Shown piece after piece: positions 41,866-51,310 of a DNA stretch of 64,000 bases. A program made the translations under genes and the position numbers. Origin of the DNA: an uncultured Desulfobacter sp. (GTDB lineage Bacteria; Desulfobacterota; Desulfobacteria; Desulfobacterales; Desulfobacteraceae); the NCBI GenBank assembly GCA_963665095.1, contig OY762069.1, forward strand, positions 6,688,001 to 6,752,000. Reading direction: 5' to 3'. The notes beneath the pieces are model-generated. The model had not been told where the DNA came from, did no database searches, and worked only from the letters and a program-made list of their open reading frames with translations. Every line of letters starts with the position of its first letter. Within the stretch, counting starts at the first letter, position 1.

Positions 41866-43146
41866 TTAGACCCGCTGCTGTACCAGGCGGATCTTAACCT
41901 TAATACCGCTCTGCTCTGTCACAGTTTCTTCAGCCCAGGCTATCAACTGTTGCAGATTTTTGATCTCATCTGAAAAAAGAAGGTCATTCATGATCAGGGA
42001 TATCAGGAGCATGTCGGTGCCGGCCTGGCAGGAACGCTCCATGGTGCAGCTGATGGAGGGCAGTTTCAGGGCGGATTTCAGATTTTTCCTGACTTGGGCC
42101 TGGGAGACCCGGATGCCTGAAATGATCATGTAATTATCTGTACGTTCCGTCAGCCACTGAATGCGGGTAAAAGCAGACCCGCAGGGGCAGGGTTCGGTCT
42201 CAATTTTTGCCATGTCACCGGTGCGGAACCGGATCAGGGGAAACGCCCTTGCCGACAGGGTGGTAAGGACCAGCTCTCCCTTTTCGCCCGCGGGCATGGG
42301 GCGGCCTGTTTCAGGGTCAATGATTTCAGACAGGATATGGTCGTCGTTAATATGCAGCCCGTTGTGGCACCGGCACTCATGGGCAATGGCCGGGCCCGGT
42401 ATCTCGCTTAGACCGTAGTTGAGCCAGACATCCACATGGAGCCGTTCCTGCAGTTCGGATACGGTATGCCCGTCATCGGGTTCTCCCACCAGGATCATCT
42501 GTTTCAGGTTCAGTTCATTGGGATGGGATTCCTGAGCGAACATGTGCTCGGTCAGATGCCGGGCAAAGGCAGGCGTGGTCACCAGCACCGTTACCTTATA
42601 GTCCCGCAGCACCATCAGGGTCTTGGCCACGGACAGGGGCGAGTTGGGAATTACACCTGCGCCCAAGGCCTCTCCGCCGTCCTTGTAATCCCTGGCCCAG
42701 TTGGCAAGGCCCGGGGGCAGGTGAACCAGAATGATGTCCCGGTCCAGGACACCTGCTGCCATATACGCCCGTGCAATCAGTTTTTTCCAGATTACAAGGT
42801 CTGCTGTGGTGTACCCGCTGATGGAGGGACTGGCACCTGAGCCGGGGGCCGTGTGGATGCGCACGATGTCCCTGAGCGGCACGGCAAACAATCCGTAGGG
42901 GTAGTGGGTGGCAAGATCTGTTCTGTCCATGAAGGGTAAGTTGGCAAGATCTTCGAGCCCTGTAATGTCGGCAAGTCCCGTCTCCCGGATGCGGTTGCAG
43001 TGGAAGGGCACATTTTTGCACGCCCGGTTCAAGGTGGTCTGCAGCCGTTCAAGCTGCAGCTGTTTTAAATCACTTGAATCTTGATCACTGGAATTGTGAC
43101 CGCTGAAGTTTGTTTCCCCTGCTGGTTTATTCTGTTCGGACATCAT
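41866..43146 (-). CDS. Phenylacetate-CoA ligase (PaaK)-like protein with degenerate catalytic motifs
   Basis: YPYGLFAVP, YGLSE, GELVLTTL, RFRTGD present. P-loop reads HTAPGSGASP; the C-terminal Lys motif is absent. Confidence 0.8.
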   Translation of the reverse strand: MMSEQNKPAGETNFSGHNSSDQDSSDLKQLQLERLQTTLNRACKNVPFHCNRIRETGLADITGLEDLANLPFMDRTDLATHYPYGLFAVPLRDIVRIHTAPGSGASPSISGYTTADLVIWKKLIARAYMAAGVLDRDIILVHLPPGLANWARDYKDGGEALGAGVIPNSPLSVAKTLMVLRDYKVTVLVTTPAFARHLTEHMFAQESHPNELNLKQMILVGEPDDGHTVSELQERLHVDVWLNYGLSEIPGPAIAHECRCHNGLHINDDHILSEIIDPETGRPMPAGEKGELVLTTLSARAFPLIRFRTGDMAKIETEPCPCGSAFTRIQWLTERTDNYMIISGIRVSQAQVRKNLKSALKLPSISCTMERSCQAGTDMLLISLIMNDLLFSDEIKNLQQLIAWAEETVTEQSGIKVKIRLVQQRV

Positions 43147-43895
43147 TGATTCCTTTCGTCCAAAAAGTCTCCGTAGTCTTTGCCCAGATAGGCCCGCTTC
43201 ACATCATCATCCACCAAAAGCTCATCCGCACTGCCCTGAAGCACCATCTTTCCTGTTTCCAGCACATAGCCCCGGTCGGAAATTTTTAAAGCGGCCCGGG
43301 CATTCTGTTCGACTAAAAGAATGGTCACCCCGCTCTTTGACAATTCCTGGATGGTTGCAAAGATCATCTCCACAATTTTAGGCGCCAGGCCCATGGAGGG
43401 TTCGTCCAGCACCAGGAGGGCAGGGCGTGCCATGAGTGCTCTGCCAATGGCCAGCATCTGCTGCTCCCCGCCGGAAAGTGTTCCTGCCAGCTGATCTTTG
43501 CGCTCCTGTAAAATGGGAAACATTGTAAAAATTTTATCAAGGTCTGCCTGCACCTGACCTGCAACCCCTTTGCGGTACCGGGTATAGGCCCCCATTTTAA
43601 GGTTGTCCATGACGCTTAAAGGGGAAAAGATCTGCCGGCCTTCGGGCACCATGCTGATGCCTTCCCGGACAATGGCCGGCGCAGACATCCCCTTAAGGGT
43701 ATTCCCTTTAAACTCAATCTCTCCGGACCAGTTTTTCAAAAGGCCGCACACTGCAGACAACAGGGTGCTTTTCCCAGCCCCGTTGGCCCCGATAATGGAG
43801 ATCAGCTCCCCCTGCCTCACCGAAAGACTCACGGTGTGGACCACGGCAATATTTCCGTAACAGCATCTTAAATTCTTAATTTTCAGCATGCGCAA
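43143..43895 (-). CDS. Liv-type ABC transporter ATPase (LivF-like)
   Basis: GANGAGKST, VPEGRQIF, LSGGEQQMLAIGRALM, LVEQN. Confidence 0.92.
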   Translation of the reverse strand: MRMLKIKNLRCCYGNIAVVHTVSLSVRQGELISIIGANGAGKSTLLSAVCGLLKNWSGEIEFKGNTLKGMSAPAIVREGISMVPEGRQIFSPLSVMDNLKMGAYTRYRKGVAGQVQADLDKIFTMFPILQERKDQLAGTLSGGEQQMLAIGRALMARPALLVLDEPSMGLAPKIVEMIFATIQELSKSGVTILLVEQNARAALKISDRGYVLETGKMVLQGSADELLVDDDVKRAYLGKDYGDFLDERNQ

Positions 43896-43898
43896 TTT

Positions 43899-44693
43899 TC
43901 ATCCATTACCAAGATAGGCTGACATCACCGCCTCATTGGTTTGTATTTCTCTGGGCGTTCCTTCGGCCAGTTTCCGTCCCTGGTCCAGAACCACTACCTT
44001 GTCGGACATGCCCATCACCAGACTCATGTCATGTTCCACCAGCATCATGGTGATGCCGGCCTGTTTGATTTTTTGAATCAGTTGACCCAGCGTCTGGGTT
44101 TCCACCGGGTTCAAACCGGCAGCCGGCTCATCCAGCAGCAGCAGCAACGGGTCTGACGCCAGGGCCCGGGCGATCTGGGCGGTTTTCTGGCGGCCCACAG
44201 GCAGGTCGCCTGCCATTTTGTGGGCATCGTCTGCAAGACCTGTGAACTCAAGCAGTTCTTCGGCTCTTTGCCTTGTCTGCTTCTCTTCTTTTTTCATGGC
44301 CGGAATCCTTGTGACCGCCGCCCAGAAACCTGTCCTGGTGCGCACATGCATGCCCACCATGATATTTTCAAGAAGGGTCATGGAGGAAAAGAGTTCCACA
44401 TGCTGGAAGGTTCTTGCCACCCCTGCTTTCACAAGCGTGTGCACCGGTGTTTTTCTGATATCCCTGCCATTGAAGACCACCTTGCCGGCATCGGGCCGGT
44501 AGATACCGGTGATCATATTGAAAAGGGTGGTTTTGCCCGCGCCGTTGGGTCCGATCAGCCCGCATACAATCCCGGTTTCAATGGAAAAGCTGATCTGGTC
44601 CTGGGCTGTGACCCCGCCGAACATTTTGGTCAGATTGCGGACATCAAGGATCTGCTTGGCCTGGATATGAGGGGCTCTTTGTGACAGTATCAT
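43899..44693 (-). CDS. Liv-type ABC transporter ATPase (LivG-like)
   Basis: GPNGAGKTT, ARTFQ, LLDEPAAG, VEHDM. Confidence 0.92.
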   Translation of the reverse strand: MILSQRAPHIQAKQILDVRNLTKMFGGVTAQDQISFSIETGIVCGLIGPNGAGKTTLFNMITGIYRPDAGKVVFNGRDIRKTPVHTLVKAGVARTFQHVELFSSMTLLENIMVGMHVRTRTGFWAAVTRIPAMKKEEKQTRQRAEELLEFTGLADDAHKMAGDLPVGRQKTAQIARALASDPLLLLLDEPAAGLNPVETQTLGQLIQKIKQAGITMMLVEHDMSLVMGMSDKVVVLDQGRKLAEGTPREIQTNEAVMSAYLGNG

Positions 44694-45646
44694 GCCCTGG
44701 CCCTCCGCGCTGTCCGGACCATATCCATAATGCCCCGGGTCAACCCCTGGGGCATGAAGATCATGACAACCATTAAAATCAATCCGAAAATGATCATCTC
44801 ATATTCGGCAAACCCGTGGAGTACCTCGGGCAGAAGCGTTAAAACTGCTGCCCCAAGAAGCGCCCCCCAGACACTTGCCATACCACCGATGACCACCATG
44901 GTGACCATCTTGATGGAGACCATGAACCCGAAGGATTCGGGACTGATGAACAGCACAAAGTGGGCGTACAAAAAACCTGCAATGGCGCCCAGGGCCGCTG
45001 AAAACATAAATATCTCAAGTTTGAGAAAGTGGGTGTTGATGCCGATGGCAACAGCGGCTTTTTCTCCGTCATGGATGGCCCGAAGGGCACGACCCGTGCG
45101 GGAGGCCAGAAGCCTTCTGCAGATGATCATGGCCGCAAACACAATACCCCAGACAAGGAAGAAGTAGCTTGCCCCGGACATGAAGACGAGCGACCCTGCC
45201 TCAAGTACGGGTATCCCCACAAATCCCGATGCCCCGCCGGTCACATCCGCCCACTCCCGGATGGCAATGGTGACAATCATGCCGAATCCAAGGGTGCCCA
45301 TCCCCAAGTAGTAGCCGGAAAGCCGCAGGGTGGGCAACCCCACAATAAAGGCAATGAGTACGGCCGCTCCCACCGCACACCCGAGTGCGATCCAGGGGTT
45401 GATGGCGTAGGTACCTGACAGGATGGCCGTAGTATAGGCCCCGATGCCGTAAAAGGCGGCATGGCCTAAAGAGACCTGCCCGGTGTACCCCATGAGCATG
45501 TTAAGTCCCAAGGCCAGAAGGGTGTTGATCCCGATAAAGGTCATGATCTGCAGGTAGTAGGTGTTTTCTGTCACCAGGCCAAAGATCAGTACCGCACAAA
45601 GAAAAACAATGTATTCAATCCAGATGGTTTTATTTTTATCCGTCAT
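44690..45646 (-). CDS. Liv-type ABC transporter permease (LivM-like)
   Basis: GLNMLMGYTGQVSLGHAAFYGIGAY, LRLSGYYL, GRALRAI. Confidence 0.9.
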   Translation of the reverse strand: MTDKNKTIWIEYIVFLCAVLIFGLVTENTYYLQIMTFIGINTLLALGLNMLMGYTGQVSLGHAAFYGIGAYTTAILSGTYAINPWIALGCAVGAAVLIAFIVGLPTLRLSGYYLGMGTLGFGMIVTIAIREWADVTGGASGFVGIPVLEAGSLVFMSGASYFFLVWGIVFAAMIICRRLLASRTGRALRAIHDGEKAAVAIGINTHFLKLEIFMFSAALGAIAGFLYAHFVLFISPESFGFMVSIKMVTMVVIGGMASVWGALLGAAVLTLLPEVLHGFAEYEMIIFGLILMVVMIFMPQGLTRGIMDMVRTARRARA

Positions 45647-45649
45647 AAT

Positions 45650-46525
45650 CTAAAACCGCTTGGCCTCTTTGGCCGCAAACAGTCCGCCCGGCCGGATGTA
45701 AAGGATCAGAAGGAGAAGTACAAAGGCAATGGCATCTTTGAGGCCCGAAGAGATAAGCCCTGCGCCCAGCGATTCAAGAATGCCCAGCAAAAGCCCCCCG
45801 GCAAAGGCGCCCCACAGACTGCCAAGCCCCCCGATCATGGCGGCACAGAAGCCTTTAATGCCCAGCATCGTGCCCATGTCATAGGAACTCATGGTAATGG
45901 GAGCTATGAAAACGCCGGCCACAGCGCCGCAGCCGGCAGATATGCCAAAGGCCAGAATCCCCATCTTTTCCGAGGGGATGCCGGAGAGCCAGGCCGCCTT
46001 TTTGTTCACGGCGCAGGCTACCATGGCCTTGCCGGTAAGGGTCTGCTTCAGGAACAGATGGATGCCGCCGGCCAGCACCAGGGCCGCTGCCACGATCCAG
46101 ATGCTCTGGGGCAGCAGGGCCGCCCCCAGAATTTCTATGGACTCATGGCTGGAAAAGGAGGGCATGCTGAAGGGGTCTTTTCCCCAGGCAATCATGGCCG
46201 CCCCTTTCAGGAAAATACTTGCCCCCACTGTAATAATGATCAGGGTGATGGGTTCCGGGTTCCTGGCTGTTCGGATGGCTAAGCGTTCAAACACCAGTCC
46301 GAGCAGACATCCTATTGCCACAGCCCCTGCCATTGCCAGGGGCAGGGGGATGCCTAAACGCACCCACAGGGTCACCATGGCCAAGGCCCCGATCATGACA
46401 AATTCCCCGTGGGCAAAGTTGATCAGCTCCGTGGAGCTGTACAGCATGGACAGCCCCACGGCGATGACGGCATACACAGCGCCTGTGGTAATACCTGAGA
46501 ACAGATATTGGACAATTTCCTGCAT
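45650..46525 (-). CDS. Liv-type ABC transporter permease (LivH-like)
   Basis: INFAHGEF, TGKAM.A, KGF.AAMIGGLGS, RPGGLF. Confidence 0.9.
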   Translation of the reverse strand: MQEIVQYLFSGITTGAVYAVIAVGLSMLYSSTELINFAHGEFVMIGALAMVTLWVRLGIPLPLAMAGAVAIGCLLGLVFERLAIRTARNPEPITLIIITVGASIFLKGAAMIAWGKDPFSMPSFSSHESIEILGAALLPQSIWIVAAALVLAGGIHLFLKQTLTGKAMVACAVNKKAAWLSGIPSEKMGILAFGISAGCGAVAGVFIAPITMSSYDMGTMLGIKGFCAAMIGGLGSLWGAFAGGLLLGILESLGAGLISSGLKDAIAFVLLLLILYIRPGGLFAAKEAKRF

Positions 46526-46547
46526 ATTCTTTAACGAATCCCTTTTT

Positions 46548-47693
46548 CTATTTTAAGAGTGTCCAGGTACCGTTTTTAATTTCCACCATAACAAAGGCGT
46601 CAGGTGACAGACCGTTATGATCCTGGGGGGTGAAATTGAATTCCCCGGTGGCTCCCACGTAGCCTTTGGTGGCTTCCAGATTGTCGCGGATTTTTTGCTG
46701 GTCCCCGCCACTGCCTTTTAAGGCACCGACCAGAAGGTTCACGGCATCATAGGCATACCCGCCGAATCCTGACACATTTCCGGAAAATTTATTCTGATAA
46801 TCTTTTTGATAATCTTCAAGTATTTTTTTCTGAGGGTCTGAATTATCCAGCAGACTTGTCACAAGAATTTTACCCGTGGGGAGCATGTTGCCATTGGCCG
46901 CGTCCCCGGCCAGTTCAATGAACTTGGGCGATCCCACTCCGTGGCTCTGGTACAGGGGAATATCGATTTTAAGCTGTTTTGCATTTTTTGCCACCACCGC
47001 AGGCCCGGGGTTGGTGCCCCAGCAGACAATGGCGTCCGGGCCGGCTGCCTTGATTTTGGCCAGCTGTGCCGTGGTGTCGGTGTCTTTGGCCCCAAAGCTC
47101 TCTTTTAAGATTACCTCAATGCCGAAGTGTGATGCCTGGTCCAGCAACTGCTTTTTCCCGCTTTCGCCGTATGCGTTGGATACCGTGAGGATGCCAACCT
47201 TTTTAATCCCGGCAGCTTTCATCTGTCCGTACACGGCGGCAACGGCCAGAAGATCGCTCTGGGCGGTTTTAAATACATAAGGATCCACCGGGGTGGTGAT
47301 CTTGATACCGGCAGCACAGCTGATCAGAGGCACCTTGGCCCGTTTGGTGAAGTTGACAATGGCAAGGGTGGTGGGCGTGGTGGACGGCCCGATAATGGCA
47401 ATGACCTTATCCTTGTGGATCAGCTTGTTGACGGCAGATACCGCCTTGGCAGGGTCCCCTTCGGAATCGTAAATCACTGCCTCAAGCATATGGCCGTCAA
47501 TGCCGCCTTTTGCATTGATCTGCTCAACCATCATCTCCATGGTTTTCTTTTCAGGGTCTCCGAGAAACGAGGCCCTTCCGGTAACGGAGAAAATCCCTCC
47601 GATCTTGTAAACGGATGCAGCCATGGCGCCTGAGGCCATCAATATTGACAGGACAGCGGCAAGTAATGCAAGGGCAAGGTGTTTTGATTTCAT
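46548..47693 (-). CDS. Liv-type ABC substrate-binding protein
   Basis: Signal peptide MKSKHLALALL...AMA; YKIGGIFSVTG, INAKGGIDG. ATG 47693 after GAGGAG. Confidence 0.9.
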   Translation of the reverse strand: MKSKHLALALLAAVLSILMASGAMAASVYKIGGIFSVTGRASFLGDPEKKTMEMMVEQINAKGGIDGHMLEAVIYDSEGDPAKAVSAVNKLIHKDKVIAIIGPSTTPTTLAIVNFTKRAKVPLISCAAGIKITTPVDPYVFKTAQSDLLAVAAVYGQMKAAGIKKVGILTVSNAYGESGKKQLLDQASHFGIEVILKESFGAKDTDTTAQLAKIKAAGPDAIVCWGTNPGPAVVAKNAKQLKIDIPLYQSHGVGSPKFIELAGDAANGNMLPTGKILVTSLLDNSDPQKKILEDYQKDYQNKFSGNVSGFGGYAYDAVNLLVGALKGSGGDQQKIRDNLEATKGYVGATGEFNFTPQDHNGLSPDAFVMVEIKNGTWTLLK

Positions 47694-47735
47694 TGTTTTT
47701 CTCCTCTTAGTAATGGTGGTTGTTAAAATTTTTGT

Positions 47736-47785
47736 AAAAAAAAACCATGGACTTTTTTCGGTTTTTGCCGGCCTGCCCATGGTTT
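47736..47785 (-). terminator. Attenuator terminator upstream of the Liv-type operon
   Basis: Minus strand AAACCATGGGC...GTCCATGGTTT within a T9 run, 42 nt before the SBP start. Confidence 0.8.
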
Positions 47786-47811
47786 ATAATCCTTTTTATG
47801 TCTTGAATGCG

Positions 47812-47898
47812 TTACATCAAGGCTCCCCGGGCAGGCGGTCTAAAAAAGACACGGCTGCTAAATATAAAACTAAAAAAGTTACAATAGCGCTTGATCAT
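47812..47898 (-). CDS. Phe-rich leader peptide MIKRYCNFFSFIFSSRVFFRPPARGALM (putative attenuator leader)
   Basis: AAGGA RBS 7 nt before ATG; 6 of 28 codons are Phe (all TTT); followed by a terminator. Confidence 0.75.
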   Translation of the reverse strand: MIKRYCNFFSFIFSSRVFFRPPARGALM

Positions 47899-47945
47899 GG
47901 GTGTTTCCTTGTATTGTCATCACTGATATTCGCTACATACCTAAT

Positions 47946-47966
47946 CAAGCGGGCCGCTTGTGTCAA
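47946..47966 (-). promoter_or_regulatory. Candidate promoter (-35 TTGACA) with adjacent perfect palindrome
   Basis: CAAGCGG-G-CCGCTTG (47946-47960) directly next to minus-strand TTGACA (47961-47966). Confidence 0.5.
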
Positions 47967-48234
47967 GCCTTTTTAACCGGCCAGTTTTTAAGGCGATCTT
48001 CATTTAATCGGCGTAGGATTTAAAACACCTGTCTTTATTTTGTCCCAGGATCGGATTCGCACGAATTATTAGTAGAAGCAGGAGATATGCCTAAGATAAA
48101 AAAATGCATGCTGTCTGTTTTTTGAGCCGGATCCAATGGTAAGGTCAGTTGCTCTGACTCTCATTATTGACAACACTGAAAGCAAATGCCAATAAAAGAA
48201 CTTAATTTAATGTTTACAATACCAGGAGGCTTGA

Positions 48235-48651
48235 ATGTCAACATCCATTTTGGACGTCAATGGTATCGGCCCGGCAAGTGCCGCGCTTTTAAAAGATGCC
48301 GGGATCACAACGGCAGATGAACTGGCAACAGCAACCGTAGCCCGGATAGTTCTGGTAAAGGGATTCAACCAGATCCGGGCGGCAATGGTCATTGAAGCGG
48401 CAGCAACACTGCTGGCAGCAGCTGAAGAATCTGAAGCACCACCTGAAAAACCAGTGGAAACATCTGCCTTGCCAACACCTTTGTCCGATACAAAGAAGAA
48501 AAAGGATAAAAAAAAGAAGGATAAAAAGGACAAGAAAGAAACAGGGGAAAAAGAATCCAAGAAAAAAAACGGCCAGAAGAAGACAAAGAAAAAAAGTTCG
48601 AAAAAGAAAAAAGAGACCCAAGACGCCAAAAAGGGAAAGAAAAAGAAATAG
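48235..48651 (+). CDS. Helix-hairpin-helix protein with Lys-rich tail
   Basis: DVNGIGPASAALLKDAGI and VKGFNQIRA HhH motifs; C-terminal ~53 aa more than half Lys; AGGAGG RBS. Confidence 0.75.
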   Translation: MSTSILDVNGIGPASAALLKDAGITTADELATATVARIVLVKGFNQIRAAMVIEAAATLLAAAEESEAPPEKPVETSALPTPLSDTKKKKDKKKKDKKDKKETGEKESKKKNGQKKTKKKSSKKKKETQDAKKGKKKK

Positions 48652-48673
48652 AGAAGGTAATGTAGGTACGCCC

Positions 48674-48814
48674 TTAAATATTAACGACATCGCCGGGGAA
48701 CAGTTCCCTGGCAGGCTACCCTGCTTCCTGGTACCAGCCCCGGCCGTCGGTCACAAGAAGGACCTGGCCGCCCTTGTGGTGAATATGCCAGAAATTGCGG
48801 CATCCTGGTTCAAG
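48674..48814 (-). pseudogene. Cupin-domain gene fragment
   Basis: LEPGCRNFWHIHHKGGQVLLVTDGRGWYQEAG*PARELFPGDVVNI*; internal TAG at 48716-18; no start. Confidence 0.75.
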
Positions 48815-48821
48815 CAAAGAA

Positions 48822-50070
48822 TCATTCACTTATAAAATCCGGCAGCTTGCCTTGAAACAATAAGCGTAACGCTTCGGTTGCTCTCATTCCATGCTTTTTG
48901 CACGTTGAGATGTAACTACGGATACGACAGAAAATTGCAGCTCCCTCCGTTGAGCGAAAACAGCCGGATATTTTCTGGTGAACTTTTGTCATCCTGATAT
49001 CATTTTCGCCCCGATTATTGGTAAACGGCACTTGTTGTTCATCCATAAAGCGAAGGGTCTCCGTTTCATAATCCATTAATCTTTCCAGAAGATTTCTTGC
49101 TTTGGATCGTTTAGTTCGGCCACGTTTATTTGGTTTCTTGCTTTCATCCGGTGGTGGGCATTCGCTTTGGGCCTTGTCCAGCAGGTCCCGGTATCTTTGT
49201 CGATATTCCCGGGAGTCTGCCGGCTCCAGTCGTCCTCCGGCATCATCTACCGCCTGATTGATCTGCAATAGAAGATCTCTCATGTCCCTGGCCCATGCTT
49301 GTTTGTCCTGTTCCCAGGCTCGTTCCAGTTCTCTGAGGTGGTGGGCATTGCACAGGGCATGTTGGCAGTCTAATCTGAAATATGGTTTCCAGTGGTCATG
49401 GCAAAGGACACCTTTGAAATGAGGCAACACCCCCATTTCTTCCATAGCTTCAAGCCCTCTTTTGGAATGGGGAAGATAGTAACTGTACAACTGATTGGAT
49501 ACACATTGATGCCGGTCTCATCGGCATGGCAAAGCCCGGATTCGATCAATTTGGATTTGACTATCGCCTCAAAGGCTTCCAGCTTATGATAGGCGTCATA
49601 GTTGAAGTTGAAAACGGTTCCTGCACTTATCGGAACCTTGACCTGATCCTGGAAGTCCTCTTCAATCCGTTTATACGGCACCAATTGGTACTGTGACATA
49701 TAGACTGAATGGACTTTTACATTAAGGCCATATTGCACCGGGCGGTTGATCCCCTCAGGGAATGGAGCTGTGAACCTTTTCCCATTGGCATCTTGAAGAA
49801 TTTGAGCCCTGTATTCGGTTACTATTCGTGAAATATCAATGTCGACAACCTGTCTGGATTCATAGCCAGCATCTTTGTACTCCCCTACTGGCAGAGTTTT
49901 TTTGTCCAAGGGGATATCTTCAATAAAATCCGGGGAATCAAATTGTTGCAGAGTAGTGCCAGTAACAGCTCTATTGCGCTTTTCAAAGCAGGGGAGACAC
50001 CAGCATCATTTTCCAGCAGTTTTTTGGTATTCTCTATTGTAGCCTCAACGTCTATTGACTCTATCTTCAT
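48822..50070 (-). pseudogene. IS66 transposase pseudogene in three frames
   Basis: HADETG, LCHDHWKPY, LCNAHHLREL, PFTNNRGENDIRMTKV, KISGCFRS. Frame breaks near 49950 and 49500. Confidence 0.88.
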
Positions 50071-50343
50071 TCGTTTCCTCAACATCGGTCCTTTAAATGA
50101 AGATATTATAACACAGGTTTTTAAGGTCGAATTTTTCGATCGAGGTTGCATTTTAGCGCATTTTAAAATTTTGGATGGGGCTTGTTACTGGTTTATTTTT
50201 TAAATGCCTATGTTCGGCCAATATCCAATGGACTCCACTAAAATGAAGGGCTTTGATAATCTCTTCTAAAATTCAAATTTTTCGTCAAAACCCTTGTCAA
50301 GGAAAAAATGACATCACATGCATTTTTTTTGCTGAATAGTTAC
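48826..50343 (-). mobile_element. Decayed IS66-family element (single-ORF ISBst12-like)
   Basis: Intact end GTAACTATTCAGC (50331-50343); other end eroded; AATCAT on both flanks. Confidence 0.8.
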
Positions 50344-50455
50344 AATCATCTCATGTTTTTTCAGCAGGCCGGCCGACCGTTGATCGGCACATCATACACG
50401 ACAACTGCCCGGGCTGGTAAAAGACCGGGCAGGGAACCTTGTTTTTAAGCAGATA

Positions 50456-50985
50456 CTATCTGGTATAACCCTTCAGGGGAATATGCCTGCTAATGGCACC
50501 GCGTTCAGGAATATCGGCAACGATCTTTTTAAATTCCGTTTCGCTTTTGGTCCACCAGATACTCTGAGTGGGGGCAGTATACGCACCGTTTTCAATGCTC
50601 TGAACGCTTGCGGGGACAATCAGTCGGGTGCCCAGAATTCCAGCGTAGTAAATCAACCTTTTTTCCGGCTCCATGGGAAGGACATTGTCAATTGCCTTTT
50701 TAATGGCTAAAAGATCTTCTGTGGTCCCGGCAGACTCCATGGCAGCAGCCAGGATACGCATGGCGCAATAGTTGAGTATATTTTCGGAAGTGGCAACCGG
50801 TTGATTGTATTCCTTTGTATATCTGGCAACAAATTTATCCATGATCGGTCTGGGGCCGATATCCCGCACCCGGGCAACGCCCATGACACCGTTGAGCTTG
50901 TTCAGATCGCCATTGAAATCGAAAAAGAACAATTAAGCACTCCGGGTAAAGGCCTCGACGCCCATCATCAAGCCACCCCGGAAAG
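50456..50985 (-). pseudogene. C-terminal remnant of a probable ABC substrate-binding protein
   Basis: FVARYTKEY..., YCAMRILAAAMESAGT resemble the Liv-type SBP C-half. In-frame TAA just above 50932; N-terminus missing. Confidence 0.5.
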
Positions 50986-51310
50986 TGGGGCGAGACCATC
51001 ACCAGATTAACTGTATTAACCATTTATATATTAACGTTGTTCATGCTAAACTATAATAATATATAGCAAGCTACAACTGGTTAACTACTTTAATTTATTC
51101 TATATATAAAAGAGAAAACAACCAGACAGGCTCTCTTGTTGATGAAAATAAATAGGTTAACGATGTTAATGTTTATATATGGTATGAAATTGCTTGTTGT
51201 CAAACAGAATATGAAAAATAAACAAAAGCTAAAGATGTGTCTACCCGGCACAGAAGAATACAGGTGTTGGAATGCTGATATTAAAAAAAAGCCGCTACAT
51301 CAAACTTGTA

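Noticed and set aside
48665..48673. GGTACGCCC matching the tRNA-Arg 3' end as an att site
   Set aside because: Only 9 bp, on the wrong side of the tRNA, core genes lie in between, and there is no integrase.
48207..48690. Phe-rich minus-strand ORFs (140 and 133 aa)
   Set aside because: Reverse complement of the poly-Lys (AAA/AAG) tail of the HhH gene.
48716..48718. In-frame TAG in the cupin fragment as pyrrolysine
   Set aside because: The fragment lacks a start and the second cupin motif and abuts an IS; a simple nonsense mutation is more likely.
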